Below, piece by piece: positions 48,616 through 58,102 of a stretch of 64,000 bases of DNA. Position 1 is the stretch's first letter, and every line of letters starts with the position of its first letter. This stretch comes from Gemmatimonadales bacterium (GTDB lineage: Bacteria; Gemmatimonadota; Gemmatimonadetes; Gemmatimonadales; GWC2-71-9). Position numbers and translations under genes: made by a program. The notes beneath the pieces are model-generated. The model was given only the letters and a program-made list of their open reading frames with translations, ran no database searches and had not been told where the DNA came from. The stretch covers positions 4,495 through 68,494 of the forward strand of contig JBBDYB010000004.1 of the NCBI GenBank assembly GCA_040901965.1, given 5' to 3'.

Positions 48616-49176
48616 ATGACCGCGTTATCCGCGCTGTGGCTGCCGATCCTCGTGTCGGCGGTCCTCGTTTTCGTGGTGAGCTCCATCATCCACATGACGC
48701 CGCTCTGGCACAAGACCGACTATCCCAAGTTGTCGAATGAAGACCGCGTCATGGACGCGCTGCGCCCCATCGGCCTTCCGCCGGGCGACTACTTCATGCC
48801 GCGTCCCGCGGGGCCGGCGGAAATGCGTTCGCCGGCGTTCGTCGAGAAGGTGAAGCGCGGGCCGAACATCCTGATGACCGTGATACCGCCCATGATGGGC
48901 CAGATGAAAAAGAGCCTGACGCTCTGGTTCGTCTATATCGTCGTCGTCGGGATCTTCTGTGCCTACATCGCCGGCCGCGCATTGCCCCCGGGCGCCGCGT
49001 ACCTCGACGTGTTCCGGTTCGTCGGCGCGACCGCGTTCATCGGATATGCACTGGCGCTGTGGCAAATGTCGATCTGGTATCACCGCGCCTGGAACATGAC
49101 GATCAAAGCGACGGTGGACGGGCTGATCTACGCGTGTCTCACCGCGGGCGTATTCGGGTGGCTGTGGCCGCGGTGA
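48616..49176 (+). CDS. Hypothetical membrane protein
   Basis: GGAGG lies before the ATG at 48616. Four hydrophobic segments. No family recognised. Confidence 0.55.
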   Translation: MTALSALWLPILVSAVLVFVVSSIIHMTPLWHKTDYPKLSNEDRVMDALRPIGLPPGDYFMPRPAGPAEMRSPAFVEKVKRGPNILMTVIPPMMGQMKKSLTLWFVYIVVVGIFCAYIAGRALPPGAAYLDVFRFVGATAFIGYALALWQMSIWYHRAWNMTIKATVDGLIYACLTAGVFGWLWPR

Positions 49177-49997
49177 CCACGCCTGTCCTCTGCTACCACC
49201 GCATCGGCGGCCCGCTCGAGCTTGGCGTCACTCGCGTGGGCCGCTCGGTGTTTGCCCGCCAAATGACGGCGCTGGCGCGCGCGGGCTGGAAAACGTTGGC
49301 ATTAGACGAATTCACGAGACCTGATGACGTTGTAGGGGCACGGCATGCCGTGCCCCTACATGACGGGGTCCCGCCCCGCCAATTCCTTTTGACATTCGAC
49401 GACGGCTACGCCTCGCTGGCCGAGCATGCCTACCCGGTGCTGGCGGATCTGGGATTCACGGCCACGACGTTTCTGATCACCGACTTTGTCGGGAAGACCA
49501 ACGGTTGGGATATGCGCTACACCTGGGACCGGTTGCCCCACCTGTCCTGGCCGGCAATCGAGCGCTGGCGGGCGCGCGGCTTCGATTTCGGCTCGCACGG
49601 CGCCACCCACCGCCGGCTCACCTGGCTGTCAGACGCCGATATCGGGACTGAGTTGTCCCGCTCCCGCGCAGCGCTCACGACCCGGCTGGGCCCGGAGGCC
49701 GGCCGTGCCCTCGCCTACCCGTTCGGGGCGGTGGACGCGCGAGTCGCCGGGCTGGCGCGCGGGGCCGGCTACGAGCTGGGCTTCGGAGGAGTGCGGGGCA
49801 ACGGGGATCGGCTGAACTTCCCGCGGGTGCCGGTTTACTCCTGGGACGTGGGCAACGTCCCGCTGGGTCTCCGAGATGATGCGCTCGGTGCGGTCGGGAA
49901 GGTGGTCGCGCACATGGCCAATCGGTGCGCCGTGGGGACCTCGATAATGCTCAGACAAAGAAGCGCGCGGCCACGGGAATCAGCTGCGGATGCTTGA
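49173..49997 (+). CDS. Polysaccharide deacetylase (NodB-homology) family protein
   Basis: GTGA overlap with the previous gene. LLTFDDGY motif and downstream H..H-type region [10 protein letters not shown]. Confidence 0.7.
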   Translation: MTTPVLCYHRIGGPLELGVTRVGRSVFARQMTALARAGWKTLALDEFTRPDDVVGARHAVPLHDGVPPRQFLLTFDDGYASLAEHAYPVLADLGFTATTFLITDFVGKTNGWDMRYTWDRLPHLSWPAIERWRARGFDFGSHGATHRRLTWLSDADIGTELSRSRAALTTRLGPEAGRALAYPFGAVDARVAGLARGAGYELGFGGVRGNGDRLNFPRVPVYSWDVGNVPLGLRDDALGAVGKVVAHMANRCAVGTSIMLRQRSARPRESAADA

Positions 49998-51126
49998 TGA
50001 GCGCATGCGCGAAGATCCGCCCGAGCGACCGCTTCTGCTGTGGAATCCTGTTGACCGTCCGCGCCAGCCCATTGAAGAACGAGTCATCGAGAGCCTCGAG
50101 CGCCTGCTTGATGCGATAGTACTTGAGGTGATCGTCGCCGAGGAGATCCATCCAGGCCTTGTGGTAGCCTGACAGCCGCCGTTCGCTCGTATCGCCGGCG
50201 CGGATCGCCGCCGCCGCGGTGCACCCCGCCAGCCGGCCCGCCTTCATGGCGTTGACGATCCCGCCGCCCGACAGCGGATTCATCATGTGGGCCGCGTCGC
50301 CCGCGATCATCACCCCGTCCGTGTAGGTCTTCTTGACCGTCGTATGGACGATCACGCCGCCCACGGTGTATCCGGTTCGCGCGGCGGTCGGATAGCGGCG
50401 GCCGACCCAGGCGTCGAGATACTGGCGCGCGTTGCGGCCGTCCGTCTTGAGCGCGACGAGGCCGAGGCCGACATTCGCCACGCCCACGCTCTTGGGAAAG
50501 ATCCAGGCGTAGCCGCCGGGTGCGATGGTGTCGCCGAACTGGAGGTAGATCGCGTCCGGGTCGCAGTCGATGCCCTGGAGCACGTATTGCGCGCACGATT
50601 CCATGTCGCGCGACGGCACACGGGTATCGAGCCCGGCCCAGCGGCCCACCATCGCCTCGACGCCGTCGGCGCCGATCACGACGCGCGCCCGATACGTCTC
50701 CTCGGTACCACGTTGCTTCACGCGCACCTGCCAGCGATCGTCACCGTTGCGCGCCATCGCGGTGGCTTCGGTGCCCACCAACACCTCCGCGCCGGCGGCC
50801 GCCGCCTGCGCGGCGAGATGCGCGTCGAACCGGGTGCGGTCGAGCACCCAGCCCACGTCGCGCTCGGCGACTTTGACCTCGGTATCGTCGGGGGCGAGGA
50901 AAATGACGCGCGTGATCTTGCGGGCGGCCCAGTCCGCGCCATCGGGGTTGGCAAACTCGCGCAGCCCCGCATCCCCGACCCCTTCCGCGCAGCGGACGGG
51001 TGACCCAACTGCCCGGTCACGTTCCAACAGGGCGACATCGAGCTCGGGGGCGGCCTGTTTGGCCTGCCACGCCGCTAGCGCGCCGGCCGGTCCCGCGCCG
51101 ATGACCAGGATGTCGATGTCACGCAT
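49951..51126 (-). CDS. FAD-dependent oxidoreductase, geranylgeranyl-reductase / FixC-like family
   Basis: ATG at 51126 gives MRDIDILVIGAGPAGALAA (FAD Rossmann). GDAAHMMNPLSGGGI motif. Confidence 0.75.
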   Translation of the reverse strand: MRDIDILVIGAGPAGALAAWQAKQAAPELDVALLERDRAVGSPVRCAEGVGDAGLREFANPDGADWAARKITRVIFLAPDDTEVKVAERDVGWVLDRTRFDAHLAAQAAAAGAEVLVGTEATAMARNGDDRWQVRVKQRGTEETYRARVVIGADGVEAMVGRWAGLDTRVPSRDMESCAQYVLQGIDCDPDAIYLQFGDTIAPGGYAWIFPKSVGVANVGLGLVALKTDGRNARQYLDAWVGRRYPTAARTGYTVGGVIVHTTVKKTYTDGVMIAGDAAHMMNPLSGGGIVNAMKAGRLAGCTAAAAIRAGDTSERRLSGYHKAWMDLLGDDHLKYYRIKQALEALDDSFFNGLARTVNRIPQQKRSLGRIFAHALIKHPQLIPVAARFFV

Positions 51127-51322
51127 AGGCCACCATCGCGAGGGCGCCGACGGGGCAGGGGGCAACGCACTTCTCGCAGCCAGTGCACGTCCCCCGGTCC
51201 ACCGTGAGGACGTTCAACTCCAGGTGGATGGCTTCGGGGGGGCACAGCGGGAGGCACAGACCGCACCGGTCGCATACGGCGAGGTCTACCACGGCAATTG
51301 TGTCGGGCGTCACGCGACGCAT
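51119..51322 (-). CDS. 2x[4Fe-4S] ferredoxin (67 aa)
   Basis: CDRCGLCLPLCP and CTGCEKCVAPCP motifs. Start taken at MRRVTPDTIAVVDLA (51322). Overlaps the oxidoreductase start by 8 nt. Confidence 0.7.
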   Translation of the reverse strand: MRRVTPDTIAVVDLAVCDRCGLCLPLCPPEAIHLELNVLTVDRGTCTGCEKCVAPCPVGALAMVAYA

Positions 51323-51390
51323 GGGCGGAAGGGTAGCCGAACCTGGGAGGACCGTCAACTTGAAAATGGGTGCCGGAAGCCTGGCGAACG
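51277..51390 (+). repeat. Direct repeat copy A: ferredoxin 5' end, shortened intergenic region and a 12-codon mreB stub
   Basis: CGGCGAGGTCTACCACGGCAATTGTGTCGGGCGTCACGCGACGCATGGGCGGAAGGGTAGCCG...AAAATGGGTGCCGGAAGCCTGGCGAACG aligns with 56006..56224. Confidence 0.8.
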
Positions 51391-51725
51391 TAAGTCGGCG
51401 TTGATCTGGGTCCGCTCCCACAATCGTCTTCGTCCACGGCGGGCGGATCATGGTGACGGACTATGCGTGTCGAGCCTCGCGCGTTCCCCTGGTGATCGGT
51501 GTTGCAGGACCACGCCGCTGCACGGAATCCGAATATGTGTCGAGCGCAGCTATGACGACGAAAGTAGCCAGAGGGTTAATCCTCTTTGGGGGGGATCGGC
51601 TAGTCCTTCTGGTCAGTACAAGCTAATCCACTCGCCTCGTCAGTATGCGTCCACCCGGTTACGTCCACAGCTGGACGTTCCGAAGCGGATAGCAAGCCAT
51701 AGTCCTTTGTTCGGCGAGGTGACAC

Positions 51726-52889
51726 ATGATCTACCAAAGGAAAGCTGGTCGGCGGGTGGCGGTCGTGGGGTGCATCGTCCTGCTAGCTGCGTGCGCGGAA
51801 CGTGGTGGCAAGGTCGTGGGTCCCGATGCACCTCGGTCCACGCGCGTTCAAACAGATCTCAGCTGGTTATCGCGGTCTATCGCGGTCGGCATGGGAGAAC
51901 CGGAGGTGAGGGCTGCAGTACGCGACGCGATGCGAGCATCACGCCTGACAGAGCATAAGCTGTCCTTGCAGCAGTTCATGACCACCGCGGAGGGATCGTT
52001 ATTGCTCCGTGCCGCTGCCGCTGTCCAGGAGACCAGTGCGCAGGAGCTGTCAGAGGCCATTGCCAGGCTGCCCGAGCTAGATTTCTATGTTCCGCGTCGC
52101 GAACATCGGCTCACTTGGCGTGCCAGCCGTGACTACATGGTTGTGGCAACGATGAACGCCGACCCGCGGAAGACCGGCTTCGATGCTGATGGTCGGTCGG
52201 TGGTGCTCGACATCTCTTTGCCTGAAACGCCCGGGCCAGCCGTGCTTCTGCTCCATCCGGCTGAGACGAAGAGTCGACGCGTCGCTCCCCAGCCCGATCG
52301 CGCCGGTCTGACCATCCAGGACCCTGACGATGGCGAACTCAGTGGAACCTTCGTATTTACGGATGCCGAGGGGAGGATCACGGTGGTCGAACTCGCTGAC
52401 CTTCTCTTGCACGCACAACCCTTCCGGCCTATGCTGGACCATTGCGATCCTACGGCCATCAACTGCGAGCATACGACAGATACAGGGGGCGGTCCCCCTC
52501 CCGATGCGACGTATCTCACCTACATCGAAACGCATGGGATCTGTGATTGGGCCGACTGCGGCCAGGGGAACGAATTCGAGTTCTTTGCCCAATCCTGGGA
52601 CGGATCGACCGGGCACCTGCGGATAGAGAATATCCCCAGCACCACAGCGCAACTGCGGTTCGACCTTCTCATAACTTCGGAACCACTCGATGACCAGTCA
52701 GTGATTCAGATATCAGTAAAGGAGACAGATGGGGCCTTCGGCGATGACCAATTCTATCTCGCTGAAGTCGGTTATTGTGGACCTATTCCTCTCGGAGCCA
52801 GCTTTAACGGCGCAGGCTGGTTGCTGACGGAGCAGTCTTGCGACGCGGCTGCAAACAAGACGCTTGGCGTCAAGTTCGAGTGGCAATAG
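51726..52889 (+). CDS. Hypothetical lipoprotein, Cys-rich C-terminal domain (387 aa)
   Basis: GAGGTG lies before the ATG. Lipobox IVLLAAC. No family recognised. Confidence 0.6.
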   Translation: MIYQRKAGRRVAVVGCIVLLAACAERGGKVVGPDAPRSTRVQTDLSWLSRSIAVGMGEPEVRAAVRDAMRASRLTEHKLSLQQFMTTAEGSLLLRAAAAVQETSAQELSEAIARLPELDFYVPRREHRLTWRASRDYMVVATMNADPRKTGFDADGRSVVLDISLPETPGPAVLLLHPAETKSRRVAPQPDRAGLTIQDPDDGELSGTFVFTDAEGRITVVELADLLLHAQPFRPMLDHCDPTAINCEHTTDTGGGPPPDATYLTYIETHGICDWADCGQGNEFEFFAQSWDGSTGHLRIENIPSTTAQLRFDLLITSEPLDDQSVIQISVKETDGAFGDDQFYLAEVGYCGPIPLGASFNGAGWLLTEQSCDAAANKTLGVKFEWQ

Positions 52890-52904
52890 GTTGATTGAAA
52901 CGCA

Positions 52905-52930
52905 CCGGCCGCTTGCTCTTTGGCGGCCGG
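52905..52930 (+). terminator. Hairpin after the 387-aa lipoprotein gene
   Basis: CCGGCCGC pairs with GCGGCCGG, 10-nt loop, followed by ACGTTCATTT. Confidence 0.55.
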
Positions 52931-52965
52931 ACGTTCATTTCCTCTGCCGAGGCTTTCCGGTAAAG

Positions 52966-53694
52966 GTGATATCAGCGCGGCGTCTGGCTTGGGACGGGTT
53001 GATACTCCTGCTTGCGACGTCTGCTTGCCAGGCGGACCTTAGCAACCCTGAGAACGTCCCCATTCCGGTCATACAGGTGCTTCTCGTCACTGGATCACCG
53101 GTGCAAACGGCATGGATCGAGTGGCGCGTGCCTGCCGATTCAGCCTTTGGACCCGAGGTCCGGCCGGTGGATCCGGCCAGTGTTCAGCTTTCTCTGATCT
53201 TGCCTGACAGCAGCGCAATCCCCTTTGCAGCGGTCAGCGGCATTCCGGGCCGCTTCGATGCCCAGACCAATGTGTTCCCAGCGCTTCGCTATCGCTTGGC
53301 CGGTGCCATAACAGGCGTCACAGTCACTGGCGAAACCACAGTCCCTGGCATGATCGACCTGCGTGAGCCGGCCCAGGACACCCTGGTATTCACGGACGTC
53401 TGCACGCTGCTGTGTACACTGCCATATCGGTGGTACGCCCCCGACGCGGCGGCGTACTGGTACTTCCATTCCGAGAATGGGGCTTTGCCGTTCAGCGAAG
53501 GGGGCTCAACCCGCGACACGTCGGGAGTTATTCACCTCCAGCGACGACAGGGCATTTCGCATGTTACCGTACTCGCTCTCGACCCCCACGCAGCAGCCTT
53601 CCTGACGGCGACCGATCCCAACAGCAGTGTGAGCGGGGTCTTCGGTCTTTTTGGCGCTGCGTCGCGGGCCGAGCGCTGGATCAGTTGGCAGTAA
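52966..53694 (+). CDS. Hypothetical lipoprotein (possibly DUF4249-like partner of the receptor)
   Basis: GTG at 52966 gives VISARRLAWDGLILLLATSAC (lipobox). Beta-rich. TAATG overlap with the receptor gene. The DUF4249 assignment is tentative. Confidence 0.5.
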   Translation: MISARRLAWDGLILLLATSACQADLSNPENVPIPVIQVLLVTGSPVQTAWIEWRVPADSAFGPEVRPVDPASVQLSLILPDSSAIPFAAVSGIPGRFDAQTNVFPALRYRLAGAITGVTVTGETTVPGMIDLREPAQDTLVFTDVCTLLCTLPYRWYAPDAAAYWYFHSENGALPFSEGGSTRDTSGVIHLQRRQGISHVTVLALDPHAAAFLTATDPNSSVSGVFGLFGAASRAERWISWQ

Positions 53695-55943
53695 TGTCGA
53701 GGTCCGGACCGTTTGCGGTGATAGTCGCCCTCGTCGCGGTCGGTCGGGCTCCCGCTCAGTCTGCGATTCGGGGCGACATCGTGGATTCGGCTACCGGGGT
53801 CCCTCTCCAGGGAGTGCTAGTCACGGCTCGTAGAGCCAAGATTGCAGCAATTAGTGATCGTCTGGGGCACTTCGTGATATGGATACCGACCTTCCCCGAA
53901 ACACTCGCTGTCGCGCTTATCGGCCGGACCCCGACGAATGTCTTCCTAAACGATCTTCCCGCTCAGGCGTTGACTATCCGTCTAGCGTCGCACGCTATCA
54001 CTCTTTCCGATGTAATAGTTACCGCACCCTCGTATGGAGCTCGACCGCCGGACGATGTGGGAAGTTGGCGCGTGCCGGTTGCTGCCGCTCGGAATGTTCC
54101 AGCAGCCGTGGAACCGGATGTATTTCGCTCCCTCACGTTGATTCCGGCTGTCAGTTTCTCCACGCCCCTTTCGGCACGTCCGATCATCCGAGGCTATGAT
54201 GCGGCAGAAGGGAGTGTGCGGATCGACGGTTTCGAAGTTGTGAATCTCTATCACATCGGGCGCGTGTTCGCGGCGTTTCCGGCTGGAGCAGCAAGCGAGG
54301 TGGCTGTCGCCGCGGCACCACAGGGCGTGGCGAACGGCGGGACGCTATCGGGGATTCTCGATATCACCGGCCGCGTCGGTGAACCAGGGCGCGCAGGCGG
54401 CGGGGCTGACCTGAGCCTCGCATCGGCGACGGTGTGGGCAGGCGGTGGCGGCCGTGATCTTCAGTGGTTCGGAACCATTCGCGCAGTCCATCTGTCACTC
54501 CTCAATAGCTTGAGCCAAGCGCGAGTCCCCTACAATTTCCAGGACTTCTACGCGAGCGCCCTGATCTCATCGAAGGGTCGGCCAGCCGTAAAAATCACTG
54601 CGTTTGCTTCGCAGGATGAGCTGTTCGATCAAGATATCGGCGCGGGAATGGACTGGAGTAATATCCTCGTCGGCACGCGTTGGCAGGCTCTGCAGCGGGG
54701 ACGCGTCGCGCTCAGTATCTGGGGCAATGTCAATCGATTCCAAGAAGACGTGGTGGATTTGCCCGCCCGGTTTTCTCGTATCAATGTCCGAAACCGTTTC
54801 GAGCGCGCGGGGATGGGAGTGGACATTCTCGCGCGTGGCCCGGCCTTCCAGATCGCAGGTGGTCTCTCGGGGTTCCGGCGGGTCATCGGCAATCGGATCG
54901 TGCCGGTGGGGGGCGACGACTTCCCAGCTACGGATGCGCGCTACAACCGCGCTGAATTGGGTGCTTTTGGAGAGCTCACAGTGGGTGTGGGCCGTGCATC
55001 CCTCCAGACTGGGATACGGCTCGATGCGGCGGGTCAAGTTCATGTTTTGCAGCCGCGTGCCCGGTTAGCGATGTCGCTCGGACCTCATACATCCGTTGGC
55101 ATAGCCGTCGGTCGGACCGCGCGTTTGTTTCATCTGGTCTCAGATCCTCAGTCCGAGCCCGATCTCGCGTTTTACGACTTTTGGCTGAATGCGGGAACGG
55201 CGGGTGTCCCAATCCCGCGAGTGGATCATGCGACGTTTGATTTCGACGTTGGCCGAGGCTCGATAGCGGCTCGGCTGTCGCTTTTCGCGTCCTTTGGACG
55301 TGGACTGGTGGAATTGCGTCCGTCCACGGATCAAAGAGGTGAGGTCGAGACCCCGTTTCGCTACGGCAATGGCAGAAGCAGAGGCTTGGAGGTTCAGCTC
55401 GCTCTCCGTGGGAGCACTCATCGCCAGCGCGCGCTCTCGCTAGCATATGTCTACAGTGTGGCAGATCGCAACTGGGGTACGGCGTGGACCCCGTGGACGT
55501 TAGACCGCCGGCATATGCTGCGGGTGATCGGACGGACGGAAATCCGGGAGCATTGGTCGCTCGCCGCCGTGCTGGAGGCGACCAGCGGCGCTCCTTTGAC
55601 TCTGGTCGATGGCGTGGTTTTGGTTGGCGAGCCTGGTGACACGGGTACTCTCATGCGGTGGCCATTCGGCCGGCCAGCGTACATCTATGGAACCGAGAAT
55701 GGAGCAAGGAGTGCGGGCACGGCGCGCGTGGACCTGAGCGGCACCTTTGCGTTCACTGGCCCTTGGAACACGCGCATGAATCTCGGCCTATCCATTGTGA
55801 ACGCCGGATTCGGTCCGGTAGCCCCCCTTCGGCCATCCAGGCCCGGGTTCGATCCGGGTCCTAGCCCGCAGGGCCGCGTGAGATACGAGCGGCTTTTCGA
55901 TCTTCCAGCCGTGCCGAGTGTGACATTTCGGGTCGAGTTCTAA
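53694..55943 (+). CDS. TonB-dependent receptor with N-terminal carboxypeptidase-regulatory-like domain
   Basis: Signal peptide, IRGDIVDSATGVPLQGVLVT, plug-like PIIRGYDAAEGSVRIDGFEVVN, and a long barrel ending ...VTFRVEF. Confidence 0.8.
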   Translation: MSRSGPFAVIVALVAVGRAPAQSAIRGDIVDSATGVPLQGVLVTARRAKIAAISDRLGHFVIWIPTFPETLAVALIGRTPTNVFLNDLPAQALTIRLASHAITLSDVIVTAPSYGARPPDDVGSWRVPVAAARNVPAAVEPDVFRSLTLIPAVSFSTPLSARPIIRGYDAAEGSVRIDGFEVVNLYHIGRVFAAFPAGAASEVAVAAAPQGVANGGTLSGILDITGRVGEPGRAGGGADLSLASATVWAGGGGRDLQWFGTIRAVHLSLLNSLSQARVPYNFQDFYASALISSKGRPAVKITAFASQDELFDQDIGAGMDWSNILVGTRWQALQRGRVALSIWGNVNRFQEDVVDLPARFSRINVRNRFERAGMGVDILARGPAFQIAGGLSGFRRVIGNRIVPVGGDDFPATDARYNRAELGAFGELTVGVGRASLQTGIRLDAAGQVHVLQPRARLAMSLGPHTSVGIAVGRTARLFHLVSDPQSEPDLAFYDFWLNAGTAGVPIPRVDHATFDFDVGRGSIAARLSLFASFGRGLVELRPSTDQRGEVETPFRYGNGRSRGLEVQLALRGSTHRQRALSLAYVYSVADRNWGTAWTPWTLDRRHMLRVIGRTEIREHWSLAAVLEATSGAPLTLVDGVVLVGEPGDTGTLMRWPFGRPAYIYGTENGARSAGTARVDLSGTFAFTGPWNTRMNLGLSIVNAGFGPVAPLRPSRPGFDPGPSPQGRVRYERLFDLPAVPSVTFRVEF

Positions 55944-56005
55944 AGACACACTCCCATATGATCCGGTGATGTCCGGTACCGCGGCGTCGGCGGCCCGGGC
56001 TGCGG

Positions 56006-56224
56006 CGGCGAGGTCTACGACGGCAATTGTGTCGGGCGTCACGCGACGCATGCGCGGAACGGTAGCCGCAGCGCCGAGAAGCGTCAAGCTTCATCCTTGC
56101 TTGAGGTTACGCATTTCATTACCTTCAGCCGTCCGAGCAGCGCCCGCCTCACTCTTTTTACCAGACGACCACGTGCCGCCACGCTGGCTGAATTTCAAAA
56201 TGGGTGCCTGGAGCCCGGCGAACG
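56006..56224 (+). repeat. Direct repeat copy B: 15-codon ferredoxin stub, full intergenic region and the true mreB 5' end
   Basis: CGGCGAGGTCTACGACGGCAATTGTGTCGGGCGTCACGCGACGCATGCGCGGAACGGTAGCCG...(about 105 extra nt)...AAAATGGGTGCCTGGAGCCCGGCGAACG. Confidence 0.8.
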
Positions 56225-57216
56225 AAATCGCCGTGGACCTCGGTACGGCCAACACACTCGTCTATGTTCGCGGCGAAGGGATCGTGTTGAACGAGCCCTC
56301 GGTCGTGGCGATCGAAAAAGCCACCGGCAAGGTGAAGGGCATCGGTCTCGAGGCGAAGCGGATGCTGGGCCGCACGCCGGACGGCGTCCTCGCGGTCCGG
56401 CCGCTGAAAGACGGCGTCATCGCCGACTTCGACGTCACCGAGAAGATGCTGCGCTTCTTCCTCAAGACCATCATCGATCGCCATCTCTTCCGCGTGCGTC
56501 CCAAAGTCATCGTCTGCGTCCCCAGCGGCATCACCGAAGTGGAGAAGCGCGCGGTGCGTGACTCCGCGCAGTCGGCGGGCGCGAAGGAAGTGTACATGGT
56601 GGCCGAGCCGATGGCGGCCGCGATCGGCGTCGGGCTGCCGGTTGAGACGCCGACGGGCAACATGGTGATCGACATCGGCGGCGGGACCACCGAGATCGCC
56701 GTCATCGCCTTGTCGGGCATCGTGTCCGACACGTCCATCCGCACCGGCGGTGACGAGCTCGATCAAGCGATCGTCCAGTTCATGCGCAAAAACTACAATC
56801 TGCTGATCGGCGAGCCGACGGCGGAGCAGATCAAGATCCAGATCGGATCCGCGGCCCCCATGGGCGAAGAGCGGGAGATGGAAGTGAAAGGCCGCGACCT
56901 GGTGTCCGGCATCCCCAAGATCGTGCGCGTGCACTCGAGCGAGATTCGCGAGGCGGTGCAGGAGCCGATCCAGCAGATCGTGGACGCCGTGCGCCGGGCG
57001 CTGGAGATTACGCCGCCCGAGCTCGCGTCGGACATCGTGGATCGCGGCATCGTGATGACGGGCGGCGGCGCGCTGATCCGCGGGCTCGACCTGCTCCTGC
57101 AGCAGGAAACCGGCCTGCCGATTCATCTGGACGAAGACCCCATGACGTGCGTGGTCCGTGGGGCGGGGCGGATCCTGGACTCCCCCGAGAAATACCGCAA
57201 CGTCCTGACCACCTAG
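56200..57216 (+). CDS. mreB: Rod shape-determining protein MreB
   Basis: IAVDLGTANTLVYV, actin-like ATPase motifs DIGGGTTE and GIVMTGGGALI. Confidence 0.95.
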   Translation: MGAWSPANEIAVDLGTANTLVYVRGEGIVLNEPSVVAIEKATGKVKGIGLEAKRMLGRTPDGVLAVRPLKDGVIADFDVTEKMLRFFLKTIIDRHLFRVRPKVIVCVPSGITEVEKRAVRDSAQSAGAKEVYMVAEPMAAAIGVGLPVETPTGNMVIDIGGGTTEIAVIALSGIVSDTSIRTGGDELDQAIVQFMRKNYNLLIGEPTAEQIKIQIGSAAPMGEEREMEVKGRDLVSGIPKIVRVHSSEIREAVQEPIQQIVDAVRRALEITPPELASDIVDRGIVMTGGGALIRGLDLLLQQETGLPIHLDEDPMTCVVRGAGRILDSPEKYRNVLTT

Positions 57217-57220
57217 CGGT

Positions 57221-58102
57221 ATGGCGATCGGAACTGATCGCTACGCGTCGCGCGCCGACACCCTGCTCTTCATCGCCTGTGTGGGGTTGTCCGTGGCGGC
57301 GCTGAGCCTCCCCGACCAGTGGCGGGATCCACTCGCCCAGGGGCTGCGGCAGACCGTGCTGGCGCCTTTCCTCTTCCTCCAGCGCCAAACCGAATTGCTC
57401 GCCGCCGCCCGCGCCCGCTACGACGCCGTCGTCGCGCAGCGCGATTCTGTCGCGCTCGCCGCGACCTTCCTCCCCGAGCTGCGCAGCGAAAACACCCGGT
57501 TGCGCGGCCTCCTCGGTCTCAGTGCGCGGTTGGCGGGAGGCTACGTATCGGCCGAGATCCTGCACCAACCCGAGCCCACGAATCCGCTCTCGTTCGTGGT
57601 CTCGGCGGGACGCCGGCAAGGAGTGCGGCCGCTCTCCGCCGTGGTCAGCCCGGAAGGACTCGTGGGCCTGGTGGCGGCCGTGGATGAGCGCACGAGCGTG
57701 GTGTTCAGCTGGGCGCACCCGGAGTTCCGCGCCAGCGCCATCGCCAGGGACGGCAGCGTGGTCGGCATCGCCGCTCCGCACGGCGCGGAGGGGCCGGGCG
57801 TCTGGCTGTTGGAGCTGCAGGGCGTGCTCTACCGCCAGCAGGTGCCCGCGGGCACCGTGATTGCGACCTCGGGGCTGGGGGGGGTGTTCCCGCGCGGCAT
57901 TCCGATCGGAATCGTGGTCGGCCCGGCCGGCGAAGCGAAGGGATGGGGGCGCACCTATCTGGTGCGGCCGACCGTGCACCCCGCCGCGTTGTCGCACGTG
58001 ATGATTCTCACCTCTCCGCGGCCTGCCCGGAGTGATCTCCGGGGGGCGTTTACCGTTCCCGACAGTGCCCTCCCCCCTCCCAGCGAATCGCCTCGTCCAT
58101 GA
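57221..58102 (+). CDS. mreC: Rod shape-determining protein MreC
   Basis: Position after mreB. N-terminal TM, coiled-coil segment, and beta-rich C-terminal domain with ...GLVG.V... and ...TSGLGGVFPRGIPIG. Confidence 0.85.
   Translation: MAIGTDRYASRADTLLFIACVGLSVAALSLPDQWRDPLAQGLRQTVLAPFLFLQRQTELLAAARARYDAVVAQRDSVALAATFLPELRSENTRLRGLLGLSARLAGGYVSAEILHQPEPTNPLSFVVSAGRRQGVRPLSAVVSPEGLVGLVAAVDERTSVVFSWAHPEFRASAIARDGSVVGIAAPHGAEGPGVWLLELQGVLYRQQVPAGTVIATSGLGGVFPRGIPIGIVVGPAGEAKGWGRTYLVRPTVHPAALSHVMILTSPRPARSDLRGAFTVPDSALPPPSESPRP

Larger units (their letters stand above)
51391..56005. other. About 4.6 kb lower-GC inserted block (putative horizontally acquired island) with three outer-membrane genes
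   Basis: Spot GC counts on 60-nt lines give about 52-58% here against about 72% in the flanks. The block is bracketed by the direct repeats. No integrase or transposase lies inside. Confidence 0.6.

Noticed and set aside
51183-51404. 73-aa plus-strand ORF ending KMGAGSLANVSRR.
   Set aside because: It is antisense to the ferredoxin gene, and its tail is the truncated mreB stub of repeat copy A.
55788-56087. 99-aa minus-strand ORF starting MTLLGAAATVPRMRRVTPDTIAVVDLA.
   Set aside because: It is only the duplicated 15-codon ferredoxin stub of repeat copy B read into the antisense of the receptor gene 3' end. It has no Cys motifs. It is treated as a by-product of the duplication.
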